DNA from: an uncultured Methanosarcinales archaeon
Lineage (GTDB): Archaea > Nanobdellota > Nanobdellia > Woesearchaeales > JACPBV01
Direction: 5' to 3'
NCBI GenBank assembly: GCA_964577685.1
Contig: CAZNZT010000005.1
Location: 4,185-68,184, forward strand
Length of the DNA: 64,000 nucleotides
Shown: positions 28,415-37,986 of the stretch, in pieces
Layout: each line of letters opens with the position of its first letter
Position numbering within the stretch: position 1 is the stretch's first letter
Notes under the pieces: model-generated
The model's input: only the letters and a program-made list of their open reading frames with translations
Told to the model about the DNA's origin: nothing
Database searches by the model: none
Position numbers and translations under genes: made by a program

Positions 28415-29304
28415 ATCTTCACCACCATGAAGTCTTCTGCTACTATTGTATTATCAAATACAGCTCTTGCATCTTCCTCAATCTCTTGGGTATTCTTATA
28501 TCTTGCACTGAAGTGGGTAAGGATGAGTTTCTTAACATTCGCTCTATTCGCAAGCAAACCTGCTTGTTTTGCAGTCATATGACCATATTCTTCTCCTTTT
28601 TTTTCTAGTTCAGATGTATATGTAGATTCACAAATTAGGATATCTGCATTCTTTGCTAATTTTAGAGCATTTTTACATGGAACTGTGTCTGATATTATTG
28701 TAATCTTTTTTCCTTTTTCTATGTAGGTTACATCATTTGGGTTTATTTTTTTGCCTTTATAGAATATTGGTTTGTTACTTTGTAATTTACCAAGTAAAGG
28801 TCCCTGAGGAATACCAAACTTTTTTACTTTTTTTGTATCAATATGCCTTATATCTTTTTCAATAAAATTATATCCTAATGTAATAATACCGTGTTCTAGC
28901 TTCATTGTTTCTAGACAAAAATAATCATTTTCAAAAAATTTTCCTTCTTTATTTATTTCATTAACTTCTAGCTTTATTCTTTTATCAAAGACAAATGCTT
29001 TGAACATAGCATCGAAGTGTTTTTTTGTTCCAACTGGACCGTATATTTGTAATTTACCAGAATACTCTGAGGCACCTAGGGTAGATATGATACCTGGTAA
29101 ACCAAATACATGGTCGCCATGCCAATGAGTAATTAGAATTTTAGTTATTTTTGTTATTGGTATTCCTTTCTTTTTGAATTGTCTTTGGGTTCCTTCTCCA
29201 CAATCTACTAATATGCCTTCATTCCTATATCTAATAAAAATTGAACTCTGATTCCTATCTTTTGTTGGTACCATAGAGGATGTTCCTAAAAAGATTATTT
29301 CCAT
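28411..29304 (-). CDS. rnz: Ribonuclease Z
   Basis: MEIIFLGTS..VPT, DCGEGTQ, THWHGDH and LTHFSARY motifs. Start trimmed to ATG 29304. Confidence 0.95.
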   Translation of the reverse strand: MEIIFLGTSSMVPTKDRNQSSIFIRYRNEGILVDCGEGTQRQFKKKGIPITKITKILITHWHGDHVFGLPGIISTLGASEYSGKLQIYGPVGTKKHFDAMFKAFVFDKRIKLEVNEINKEGKFFENDYFCLETMKLEHGIITLGYNFIEKDIRHIDTKKVKKFGIPQGPLLGKLQSNKPIFYKGKKINPNDVTYIEKGKKITIISDTVPCKNALKLAKNADILICESTYTSELEKKGEEYGHMTAKQAGLLANRANVKKLILTHFSARYKNTQEIEEDARAVFDNTIVAEDFMVVKI

Positions 29305-29393
29305 CTCACTAAAATAAGAATAAGTAATATTTAAATATGTTTGTTTATATACCACTTTATCCAAAAGGATAAAAAGATATTTTAAGAGCCAAT

Positions 29394-29954
29394 ATGAATG
29401 AAGAGAAAAAAGAAATAAAGGAAGAAAAGAATAAAATAAAGGCAATGTTTGCAAGAGAGAGAGTCATAACAGAAAGCTCTGATTTGGCAAGAGAACTATA
29501 TAATAAGAGCAGATATGGTACTATGTTAGAGAATGGAAAGGTACAGCTCTCATTACTTGAGGCACTTTATTTGCTAGAAAAAGGGAAACTAGAGATTCTA
29601 GATGGAAAAAATAAGCCTATTAGTTTTGAAAAATTTATAAAAAAAGCCCAGAAGATAGAACCAAATTTTTGGATAAGGTATTGCGTGTTTAAGGATATTA
29701 GGAATAGAGGTTATATAATAAAAACAGCGTTAAAATTTGGTGCAGATTTTAGAGTCTATGACAGAGGGGTAAAACCCGGAGAAGATCATGCTAAATGGAT
29801 AGTATATCCAGTCCACGAAGCAGATACTCTAACATGGTATGAATTTGCTGCTAAGAATAGGGTTGCTCATTCTACAAGAAAAAGATTACTATTGGGCATA
29901 GTAGATGAGGAGAACTCTTGCACTTATTACGAGATTGCTTGGAAGAGGCCTTAG
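29394..29954 (+). CDS. endA: tRNA-intron endonuclease
   Basis: LSLLEALYL, KFGADFRVY, HAKW and RVAHSTRK (Tyr/His/Lys triad). Confidence 0.93.
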   Translation: MNEEKKEIKEEKNKIKAMFARERVITESSDLARELYNKSRYGTMLENGKVQLSLLEALYLLEKGKLEILDGKNKPISFEKFIKKAQKIEPNFWIRYCVFKDIRNRGYIIKTALKFGADFRVYDRGVKPGEDHAKWIVYPVHEADTLTWYEFAAKNRVAHSTRKRLLLGIVDEENSCTYYEIAWKRP

Positions 29955-30001
29955 TAAATATATAAAAAATTATATAAACAAAGATTCCTTTTTTGTAAAA
30001 T

Positions 30002-30832
30002 ATGGAAAATAACAAAGAAAGAATTATCCAGTTTATAAAGCAAAAAGGACCTGTTCTACCAGTAGAAGTTGCAAAGAGCGTAGGCTCTAATATTATAATG
30101 GCTTCTGCTCTTTTATCTGAATTATGTTCAACTAAGCAAATAAAAATCTCGCACTTAAAGGTAGGTGGTTCTCCTCTGTACTATTTACCTGGACAGGAAG
30201 CAGAATTACAAAAATTTTCAGATAATCTGCATGAGAGAGAAAAAGAGGCATATTTATTACTCAAAGAAAACAAGGTTTTAGATGATTCAAAATTGGAGCC
30301 AGCAATAAGAGTTGCTATAAGAAATCTTAGGGATTTTGCAATCCCTTTAGAAGTAAATTACAAAGATAAGAAGGGGTTATTTTGGAAATGGTATTTGCTG
30401 ACAAACAAAGAGGTCGAAGAGTTAATAAAGGTTCTTTTTGGAGAAAAGAAAACTAAATTTGAAAAGAACAAAAATGAAGTAGAGACATTTGAGCAAAAAA
30501 AAATAGAAAGCAAGAGAATAGACAATAATAGATTCCTAGATGAAGTCATAAAGTACTTAAACAAGAATAAGATGGACATACTAAGCAAAGACATTATTAA
30601 AAAAAATGAGATTGACTTTATTATTCAAATCCCCTCGGCTGTAGGCAAATTAGAGTATTATTGTAAAGCAAAAAATAAAAAAAGAATTAATGATGGGGAT
30701 TTGGCGTCTGCATTTATACAAGGACAACAAAAAAAATTGCCAGTATTGTTTTTGACTAGTGGAGAATTAACAAAAAAAGCAAGAAGCATGCTTGAAAAGG
30801 AATTCAAAGGAATGTATGTAAAGAGGATATAA
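30002..30832 (+). CDS. Conserved hypothetical protein (N-terminal wHTH-like)
   Basis: KGPVLPVEVAK...VGGSPLYYL; long ORF with typical codon usage. Confidence 0.65.
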   Translation: MENNKERIIQFIKQKGPVLPVEVAKSVGSNIIMASALLSELCSTKQIKISHLKVGGSPLYYLPGQEAELQKFSDNLHEREKEAYLLLKENKVLDDSKLEPAIRVAIRNLRDFAIPLEVNYKDKKGLFWKWYLLTNKEVEELIKVLFGEKKTKFEKNKNEVETFEQKKIESKRIDNNRFLDEVIKYLNKNKMDILSKDIIKKNEIDFIIQIPSAVGKLEYYCKAKNKKRINDGDLASAFIQGQQKKLPVLFLTSGELTKKARSMLEKEFKGMYVKRI

Positions 30833-30833
30833 A

Positions 30834-31871
30834 ATGGGGGTTGCTATAACTGAGTTACTCATAAGGAAAGAAATAGAAATAAGAGAACTCAATAACAAGA
30901 TAATAGTAGTAGATGCTCCTCTTTGGTTATATCAGTTCTTGAGTTCTATTAGACAGGTTGATGGAAGTCCGTTAATGGATAGCAAAGGAAATGTTACATC
31001 ACATCTTTCTGGTTTGTTTAATAGGTCAATAAAATTAATGGAGAGGGGAATAAGACTTGCTTATTGTTTTGATGGAAAGCCTCCGGAATTAAAAAAACAA
31101 GAACAAAAAAGAAGAGCAGAGTTAAAAGAAGAAGCAGAGTTAAGATATAAAGAGGCTCTCAAAAAAGAGGATATAAAAGAAATGAAAAAATATGCATCAA
31201 GAACTTCAAGACTAACAGAAGACATGATAAAAGAATCAAAAAAACTTTTAAATGCTTTGGGAATACCTGTAATAGAAGCTCCCTCTGAAGCTGAAGCACA
31301 AGCGTCGCATATAGTTAAAAAAGGAGATGCATTCGCAGTTGGTACAAATGATGCTGATTGCTTGATGTTCTCTGCACTTAGGATAGTAAGAAATTTAAAT
31401 ATAGCTGGAAAAAGAAAAAGAACAAATAAACTTGCATATGAGACAATAAAACCAGAGCTTATTGAACTCTCAGAAAATCTCAATAATTTAGGAATAGACA
31501 ATGATCAGTTAATAGCCCTATGTATGTTGGTTGGGACTGATTATAATGTTGGAGGAATAAGAGGAATAGGCCAAAAAAGTGCATTGAAATTAGTTAAAAG
31601 ATATAAATCAAATTTTGATGGGTTATTTAAAGAAGTAAGATGGGATGAAAACTTTGAATTTCCTTGGACAGATGTTTTCTATTTGATTAAAAAAATGCCA
31701 GTTAATGATAATTACTCATTAGAATGGGAAGGGTTAGATAAAGAAAAAATCCTAAAGATATTAGTTGATGAGCATGATTTCTCTGAAGAGAGGGTAAACA
31801 ATGCTCTAAAAAAACTGATTGAAGAGAAAGAAAAAAGAAAGCAAAAAGGATTACAAGAGTTCTTCAAATAA
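30834..31871 (+). CDS. fen: Flap endonuclease 1
   Basis: MGV, YQFLSSIR, FDGKPP, APSEAEAQ, GTDYN motifs and a PIP-box QKGLQEFF. Confidence 0.96.
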   Translation: MGVAITELLIRKEIEIRELNNKIIVVDAPLWLYQFLSSIRQVDGSPLMDSKGNVTSHLSGLFNRSIKLMERGIRLAYCFDGKPPELKKQEQKRRAELKEEAELRYKEALKKEDIKEMKKYASRTSRLTEDMIKESKKLLNALGIPVIEAPSEAEAQASHIVKKGDAFAVGTNDADCLMFSALRIVRNLNIAGKRKRTNKLAYETIKPELIELSENLNNLGIDNDQLIALCMLVGTDYNVGGIRGIGQKSALKLVKRYKSNFDGLFKEVRWDENFEFPWTDVFYLIKKMPVNDNYSLEWEGLDKEKILKILVDEHDFSEERVNNALKKLIEEKEKRKQKGLQEFFK

Positions 31872-31901
31872 GTTGGAAAATATAATTCATAGCTCAAAAA
31901 A

Positions 31902-32729
31902 ATGGTTACATTGAAAGAGGCACTAAAAGGAAAGTTAACAAAAAAAGAACTCAAGTTAGTCCCAAGTTCATTTGACATAGTAGGTGATTTGGTTATATTC
32001 TCTGATTTTCCAAAAGAGCTTGATAAGAAAGATAAGATTGTAGGTGAAACTCTATTAAAACTTCATAAGAATGTGAAAGTTGTTCTCAAAAAAGTGGGAA
32101 AATACTCAGGAGAGTTCAGAACTCCAAAATTAAAGATAATTGCTGGAGAAAGAAGAAAAGAAACAGAGTTAAAAGAGAATGGAATAAGATTGAAGCTTAA
32201 TCCAGAGAGAGTGTATTTTTCTGTAAGATTGGCAAACGAAAGAAAGAGAATAATAGAGCAAATAAAGGAAAATGAGGTTATTTTGGTTATGTTTTCAGGT
32301 ATTGGTCCTTATCCTATAAGTATTGCTAAAAATAAGAAAGTAGATGAGATATATTCTATAGAATTGAATCCTATTGCTTGTGAATACCAAAAAGAAAATA
32401 TAGCCCTAAACAAAATTAACAATATAAAGCTATACAAAGGAGATGTTAGAGATATTGTCCCAAAAATAAAGAAAAAATTTGATAGAATAATCATGCCGCT
32501 TCCAAAAGGGGCTGAAGATTACTTGGATATTGCTCTTGGGGTTGCAAAAAAAGGGACAATGATACATTTCTATGATTTTCTAAATGAGAATGAGTTTGAA
32601 AATGCTGAAGAAAAAATAAAAAAAGTCTGTAAAAAGATGAATAGAAAATATAAGATAGTAAATCTAGTAAAATGTGGGCAGTTTGGTCCTGGGATATTTA
32701 GGATTTGTGTTGATTTTAAGATATGTTAA
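31902..32729 (+). CDS. trm5: Trm5/Taw2-family tRNA methyltransferase
   Basis: SFDIVGD, VYFSVRL..ER, MFSGIGP, ELNP and DRIIMPLP motifs. Confidence 0.82.
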   Translation: MVTLKEALKGKLTKKELKLVPSSFDIVGDLVIFSDFPKELDKKDKIVGETLLKLHKNVKVVLKKVGKYSGEFRTPKLKIIAGERRKETELKENGIRLKLNPERVYFSVRLANERKRIIEQIKENEVILVMFSGIGPYPISIAKNKKVDEIYSIELNPIACEYQKENIALNKINNIKLYKGDVRDIVPKIKKKFDRIIMPLPKGAEDYLDIALGVAKKGTMIHFYDFLNENEFENAEEKIKKVCKKMNRKYKIVNLVKCGQFGPGIFRICVDFKIC

Positions 32730-32785
32730 TTTTACATTATATTGATTGATAAATATTTAAATAGAAGAAGAGCATTCTTATTATT

Positions 32786-32860
32786 GCGTGTGCAATGACC
32801 TAGTGAACACCCACTGAAGCAATGCTGATGATTAACGGAAAGTAACTTGGGAGCACACGC
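32786..32860 (+). ncRNA. Candidate C/D-box-like sRNA
   Basis: 8-bp terminal stem GCGTGTGC/GCACACGC; CTGA at 32814 and TGATGA at 32826; TATA at 32756-32763; T-rich 3' flank. Confidence 0.6.
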
Positions 32861-32887
32861 CTTCTTTATAAAAGAAAAAGATACTAG

Positions 32888-34042
32888 TTATCCAAACATT
32901 CTTAAATAATCTTCTCCCTCAAGCTTTTCTGTTTGCCTAACTTTATTTATGGCTAATATAATGTCTTCTTTTTTTATTTTTGTTCTGTTTTCTCTTATAG
33001 CGAAATATCCTGCTTCTGTACAAACAGCATGTATCTCTGCACCTGAGAACCCTTCCATTTTTGATATGAGGGTTGGAAGGTTTATATCTTTATCTAGATT
33101 CATATCCCTTGTATGAATCTTGAATATCTGTTCTCTGGCTCTTTTGTTTGGTAAGTCTATCTTAATCAGTCTATCTAATCTACCGGGTCTTATAACCGCA
33201 GGATCTAAAATATCTTTTCTATTAGTTGCACCTATCACTTTAACATTACCTAATGGTTCAAAGCCATCTAGTTCTGCCAATAGTTGCATAAATGTCCTGT
33301 TCACCTCTCTTTCCCCAGAAGTGCCTAACTCAACCCTCTTTGCCGCTAATGCATCAATCTCATCTATAAATATTATTGCCGGAGCTTTTCTCCTCGCCAT
33401 TTCAAATATTTCTTTAACAAGTTTAGCTCCTTCTCCAATGAACTTTTGAACAAGTTCTGAAGCAACTATTTCTATAAATGTGGAATGAGTGGAATTAGCA
33501 ACGGCTTTTGCAAGTAAAGTCTTTCCTGTTCCTGGTGGTCCGTAAAGTAATATCCCTTTCGGTGGTTTGATACCAACTTTCTTGAAGAGCTGTGGTTTCT
33601 TTAATGGTAACTCCACAACTTCTTGTATTTCCTTTATTTGTTGGTCTAAACCACCTATATCTTCCCATGTTATATTTGGTTTCTCTACAATCACAAATCT
33701 TTCTACATTGAAGCTTTTTGACGCCTTAATTTTTTTTATTATGGTAAGATTCTTCTGGTCTGCTAAAACAATATCTCCTGGTTTAAGTTTTTTACATGAG
33801 CCAGAGATTTGGACATAGAATTTATTACCATTCGGTATTTTGACAATAGCATTATTGTCATAGACATCTGAGACTTCGCAAACCATTAAAGGAGGAGTCT
33901 TAAACCTGTTAAGTTCCTCTTGTAATTTTTTTATTGTTTCCCTTAGAATCTTATTTTCATGATGAGAGCTGTTAACTGAAGTAGAATACTTATACACTGC
34001 ACTATCCAAAAGCTCATCTCCTTTTATATCATTATTTGTCAT
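32888..34042 (-). CDS. pan: Proteasome-activating nucleotidase
   Basis: Coiled coil/OB domain, GPPGTGKT, IFIDEID, RPGRLDR and C-terminal MFG. Confidence 0.95.
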   Translation of the reverse strand: MTNNDIKGDELLDSAVYKYSTSVNSSHHENKILRETIKKLQEELNRFKTPPLMVCEVSDVYDNNAIVKIPNGNKFYVQISGSCKKLKPGDIVLADQKNLTIIKKIKASKSFNVERFVIVEKPNITWEDIGGLDQQIKEIQEVVELPLKKPQLFKKVGIKPPKGILLYGPPGTGKTLLAKAVANSTHSTFIEIVASELVQKFIGEGAKLVKEIFEMARRKAPAIIFIDEIDALAAKRVELGTSGEREVNRTFMQLLAELDGFEPLGNVKVIGATNRKDILDPAVIRPGRLDRLIKIDLPNKRAREQIFKIHTRDMNLDKDINLPTLISKMEGFSGAEIHAVCTEAGYFAIRENRTKIKKEDIILAINKVRQTEKLEGEDYLRMFG

Positions 34043-34062
34043 AAGGCTTAATAATTGATATG

Positions 34063-35028
34063 CTATTTAAAAACTTTTGGGTTAAGAATTCCATTTTTGA
34101 TTATGGCCTTACTTCCTAGCAAAATTGTCGGTTTTGAGATTATGCCATCCAAATGGATAGGGGCCTTTGTTTTTCCTCCAGGAAAACTAGTGTTATCTCC
34201 TAGGGCTATATGAACTGTACCATAGGCTTTCTCATCCTCTAGAGTTATCCCTGTTACTTTAGCTTTGTAGTTAGTCCCTATGGCAAATTCAGCAATGTTG
34301 TAGACATTCCTATTGTTGAATTTTTTTAACAATCTAATGAGTCTGTTAGCCTCTTTCTTTCCACTTATTCTTTTTACAAATCCTCCCTCTATCTCAAGCC
34401 TTATAGGAGCCCTTAGTTTTCCTATTCCTGCCATTGTTTTATCTATTACTATAGTACCATTTGTTTTATTTTCTACTGGAGCAAATCCAACCTCCCCAGC
34501 TGGAAGATTTCCAAAAGAACCTTTTTTACGATATAGTCCAGTGTCTTTGAAAGGTTTATTAATATGAAAAATAACATCAGTGCCTAAGGCAGTTATCAAT
34601 CTGAGTTTTCTCCTGTTTTTTAGCAAATTATAAAGAAATTGACAAGTTTTATTTATTCTATAATAATTTGCGGTTAGTGTCCTAATCATTATAGCTTTTG
34701 TAATACCTGGCATTGTTACTATCCTAACGCCAAGTCTAGAAGCGTCTCTTCTTGCCTTTGTATGGCTTAGGGACATTTTAGTTACTATTACAATAACATC
34801 ATATTCTTTCATTATTTTAGCTACTTTACTTGGTGGTTCTTCCCCATGGATTTTAGCAATTGGAATTTTTACCTTATCTGTATAGTTAGATATCCTTCTT
34901 GCCCTTTCTAGTAAAACATTTGCTATATCCTCTTTACTCCTATCATATATAACAAGAAATCTTTCATCTTTATTCAATCCCATACATGTATTTAGAATTG
35001 TATCAGCAGCTTCTTCTAATTTCCTCAT
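34063..35028 (-). CDS. M29-like (thermophilic metalloprotease) aminopeptidase
   Basis: GNLPAGEV, AEFAIGTN, EDEK..GTVHIALG and HLD motifs. Start at ATG 35028. Confidence 0.88.
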   Translation of the reverse strand: MRKLEEAADTILNTCMGLNKDERFLVIYDRSKEDIANVLLERARRISNYTDKVKIPIAKIHGEEPPSKVAKIMKEYDVIVIVTKMSLSHTKARRDASRLGVRIVTMPGITKAIMIRTLTANYYRINKTCQFLYNLLKNRRKLRLITALGTDVIFHINKPFKDTGLYRKKGSFGNLPAGEVGFAPVENKTNGTIVIDKTMAGIGKLRAPIRLEIEGGFVKRISGKKEANRLIRLLKKFNNRNVYNIAEFAIGTNYKAKVTGITLEDEKAYGTVHIALGDNTSFPGGKTKAPIHLDGIISKPTILLGSKAIIKNGILNPKVFK

Positions 35029-35030
35029 TT

Positions 35031-36812
35031 TCAAACTAGAAATTCTCCTTTTTTGAGAACCCAAAATATCTTTTTTTCTTTGTTCACTCCATAGATATCC
35101 AACTTCTGCCTTGGGGCATTGACAACTATATCCCAATGGTACATTGTTTTCCTATCTGGTTCAAAACCTAACCCAAGAGCAACATGTATCATTCTAGCTA
35201 TTTTTTCATTGACAATAAGATAATTGCATAATTTTGCTTTGGGGTTTGTATTAACAGCAAACTCTCCGATATTATAGAAATTTCTTTTGTAGATATTTAT
35301 TATCTCTTTTGGTAGACTTTTGCTTTTTTCTATCTCCCTAATTTTTTGCCATGCTTCCTTTCTTTCACGCTTCATAGCGTTTAATATGTGGCGTGGGGCT
35401 TTTACTATTTTGTATCTGTTTCCAGAAAATTCAACAACTATAGGTCTTTTCTCTGGTATCACATAACTTCTATCTATGTTTATAACGACATCGCCTATCA
35501 TCACACCATAAATCTCCTCTGGTGTTACAAATGTTTCTCCAGAGGGAAAATTTGCATAAGAACCTGCTTTTATTCCTGTCCTCTTATAATATTCTTTATC
35601 AATTATAGACCTCACATCAGAGTCCTGAGCTGTAAATAGTCTCCTTTTCCCATCTTTTACTAGAATAACCTTAAAGTCTGTTTTATATCCATCTATAGTC
35701 TGCCCTACCACCCTAACATAATCACACTTATTAAATATATCTCTTATCCTCTCACTTCTTTTTCTTAACCTATAATAATTGATATTGCAGGTTTCAATAA
35801 ATATGTCTATTGGTAGTGTTTCTGTTACAGCATATCTCATCATAGGGTCTCTCTTGTCTATGGCTGTTTGAGGCTCATATGGATCTTTTAACATCATCTG
35901 TCCCGGGGATGTCCATCTTGTTTTTTTATCTAGGGATGGATAACCAATAGATTCTCCAAAAAAATGTTTACCATAATAGCCCTTTGCATGAATGCCAAAA
36001 CCTGCTCGTATATATTCCATCCTATCTATCTTTAAAAGTTTTGAAAAATGCTTATATTTTTTAAAAACTTCTTCATCAACATTTTTGCATAATTCACATC
36101 CCTTTATGGTCTTAATAAGTTCTGCTGTTCTTACAGGTTTAGCTAACAATGAGAATCTGTCAGATATGGATGTCATTTTTACTTTTGCCTTAAACTTTTC
36201 TGCTACCAGAGCCATAGAAAGTGCTATTGAATAAGAATCAAGGTAGTCCTCTAATGGTAACTCTGTATGTTTTTCTGACGGTATCAATACAAAAGAAATA
36301 TTGATTATCTCCCCCTTCTGTAAGTTATATCCCTCTTTCCATATTCTATTTGAAGTTTCTGTTAATTCTCTCCACCTATATCTTCTATGCCATTTACAGT
36401 TGTATGGCAAATCCAAGGTCCCAGTAAAACCATTCTCTTCTGCCCTTAGTACTATTTCTGGGCTCCTGAAGATTTCTTTAAATTTTCTTGTTTTTGTTCT
36501 CTTATTTACTGCAGATATAAAACCCTTTAATGCCTTGACCTTTTCTGTTTCAAGCTTCTTTTTTGTCCAATCATCATAAACAGACCAGATAGTTTCTAGT
36601 ATCCCTATGTTTGGGTCATCTTCTCTTGTTACGATAACATGTAAATCTCCACCAAGATTATGGATAGCTCTTGAAAGTGGAGCTAAAGAATAGAATGCAT
36701 TTTTCTGTTTTAAGCCTAAAGTAATAAAAACAACATTATTTTTTACCTTGCCTTCTAGGAGATTTGTATAATGTCTTACTTCTTCATTAAATATCCTTGT
36801 GTTATATTTCAT
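35031..36812 (-). CDS. Large M29-like metallopeptidase with long N-terminal region
   Basis: C-terminal ANFPSGETFVTP, GEFAVNTN, NEK..MIHVALG and HWD motifs. Confidence 0.7.
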   Translation of the reverse strand: MKYNTRIFNEEVRHYTNLLEGKVKNNVVFITLGLKQKNAFYSLAPLSRAIHNLGGDLHVIVTREDDPNIGILETIWSVYDDWTKKKLETEKVKALKGFISAVNKRTKTRKFKEIFRSPEIVLRAEENGFTGTLDLPYNCKWHRRYRWRELTETSNRIWKEGYNLQKGEIINISFVLIPSEKHTELPLEDYLDSYSIALSMALVAEKFKAKVKMTSISDRFSLLAKPVRTAELIKTIKGCELCKNVDEEVFKKYKHFSKLLKIDRMEYIRAGFGIHAKGYYGKHFFGESIGYPSLDKKTRWTSPGQMMLKDPYEPQTAIDKRDPMMRYAVTETLPIDIFIETCNINYYRLRKRSERIRDIFNKCDYVRVVGQTIDGYKTDFKVILVKDGKRRLFTAQDSDVRSIIDKEYYKRTGIKAGSYANFPSGETFVTPEEIYGVMIGDVVINIDRSYVIPEKRPIVVEFSGNRYKIVKAPRHILNAMKRERKEAWQKIREIEKSKSLPKEIINIYKRNFYNIGEFAVNTNPKAKLCNYLIVNEKIARMIHVALGLGFEPDRKTMYHWDIVVNAPRQKLDIYGVNKEKKIFWVLKKGEFLV

Positions 36813-36827
36813 ATGGATACTAGAATT

Positions 36828-37898
36828 TCAGTTGACTATTAATAAATCTTTTGGTAATTTACTCAGAATCTCTATTTTATTTTTATTAGAAAGTAATCCG
36901 TCTTCTATTCTTATACCAAAATTTTTTAGATATATCCCTGGTTCTATTGTAAACACCGTGTTTTCTTTGATTTTGTCTTTTGATTTCTCTGTTATATTTG
37001 GAAGTTCGTGAATCTTTATTCCAAATCCATGACCAAGACCATGTGTAAAATACTTTGAGTAATTTCCCAAATACCCGACAGCTTCTTTATATATTCTTTC
37101 ACATCTTTTTCCTACCCTTAGGTTTCTTATTATATTCTTTTGTACTTTTAATAAGAAGTTGTATATTCTTATTTCTTCCTCAGAGGGTTCTCCTAAGTAG
37201 ACCATTCTTGTGGTATCAGTACAATAGTTCTTGTATCTTATGCCAAAATCTATAAGACAAAATCCCTTCCTCAGCTTTTTATTTTCAACCCAATAATGTG
37301 GTTGGGAACTATGCTTTCCTGAAGCAACTATGGGGGGAAATGAAGTCTCGCATCCATACTTTCTTGCTTCAAACTCCAAAAATGCACTTACATCCGATTC
37401 TGTCTTGAAGCTCTTAAATCTAGAAAAGCAATTTTTTAGTATTCTATCTGAAATCCTATATGCCTCCTTTATGGTTTTTATTTCTATTTCAGTTTTTTGC
37501 TCTCTCAGTTTATATAGATATTTTCTGATATCTACTAATCTAGAATTTCTAAAGCTTTTTTTTATATAATCCTTGTATAACAAGCTAAGTTCTTCTTTAT
37601 CTACAGCAATTCTTTTTTTTCCTATTTTGTTTTCTCTGGCTTTCTCCCTCATAAAATCAAAAAATCTAGTTTTTTCTGGTGTATATACCCTAAAACCACA
37701 CTTCCTAGCCTTTTCAAGCTCCATTTTTGGTACTATTAGGAATGGTTTCTCCTTACTTGGAATAATAAGAGCTCCAACACCGTTGTATCCTGAAAAGTAA
37801 GCAGAATTATAACTTGTCTCATCAAAACCAAGATTTATGAAAAGAGCAAAGTTTATTTTTTTCTTTTTTAAAAATTTCTGAAGTTCTTTAATCCTCAT
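36828..37898 (-). CDS. Xaa-Pro aminopeptidase (M24B)
   Basis: IDFG...TDTTR, HGLGHGFG..IHE, TIEPGIY and GIRIED motifs. Start at ATG 37898. Confidence 0.9.
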   Translation of the reverse strand: MRIKELQKFLKKKKINFALFINLGFDETSYNSAYFSGYNGVGALIIPSKEKPFLIVPKMELEKARKCGFRVYTPEKTRFFDFMREKARENKIGKKRIAVDKEELSLLYKDYIKKSFRNSRLVDIRKYLYKLREQKTEIEIKTIKEAYRISDRILKNCFSRFKSFKTESDVSAFLEFEARKYGCETSFPPIVASGKHSSQPHYWVENKKLRKGFCLIDFGIRYKNYCTDTTRMVYLGEPSEEEIRIYNFLLKVQKNIIRNLRVGKRCERIYKEAVGYLGNYSKYFTHGLGHGFGIKIHELPNITEKSKDKIKENTVFTIEPGIYLKNFGIRIEDGLLSNKNKIEILSKLPKDLLIVN

Positions 37899-37986
37899 TG
37901 TTTTAAGGTTTATTTGAGAGATATTAAAAGTTTTCCTTTTGATTATCAAAAAAAATTTAAATAGGTGGGTAGGAGTTGGATATGGA

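Noticed and set aside
29305-29454. Long N-terminal extensions in the ORF track (rnz; also 37899-38174, 35029-35136, 24555-24608, 1573-1698)
   Set aside because: They overlap neighbouring genes or promoters, and family-typical N-termini begin at downstream ATGs.
32825-32845. CUGAUGA...GAAA resembling a hammerhead ribozyme core
   Set aside because: Only 6 nt separate the motifs and there are no supporting stems I/III; a C'/D' box reading fits better.
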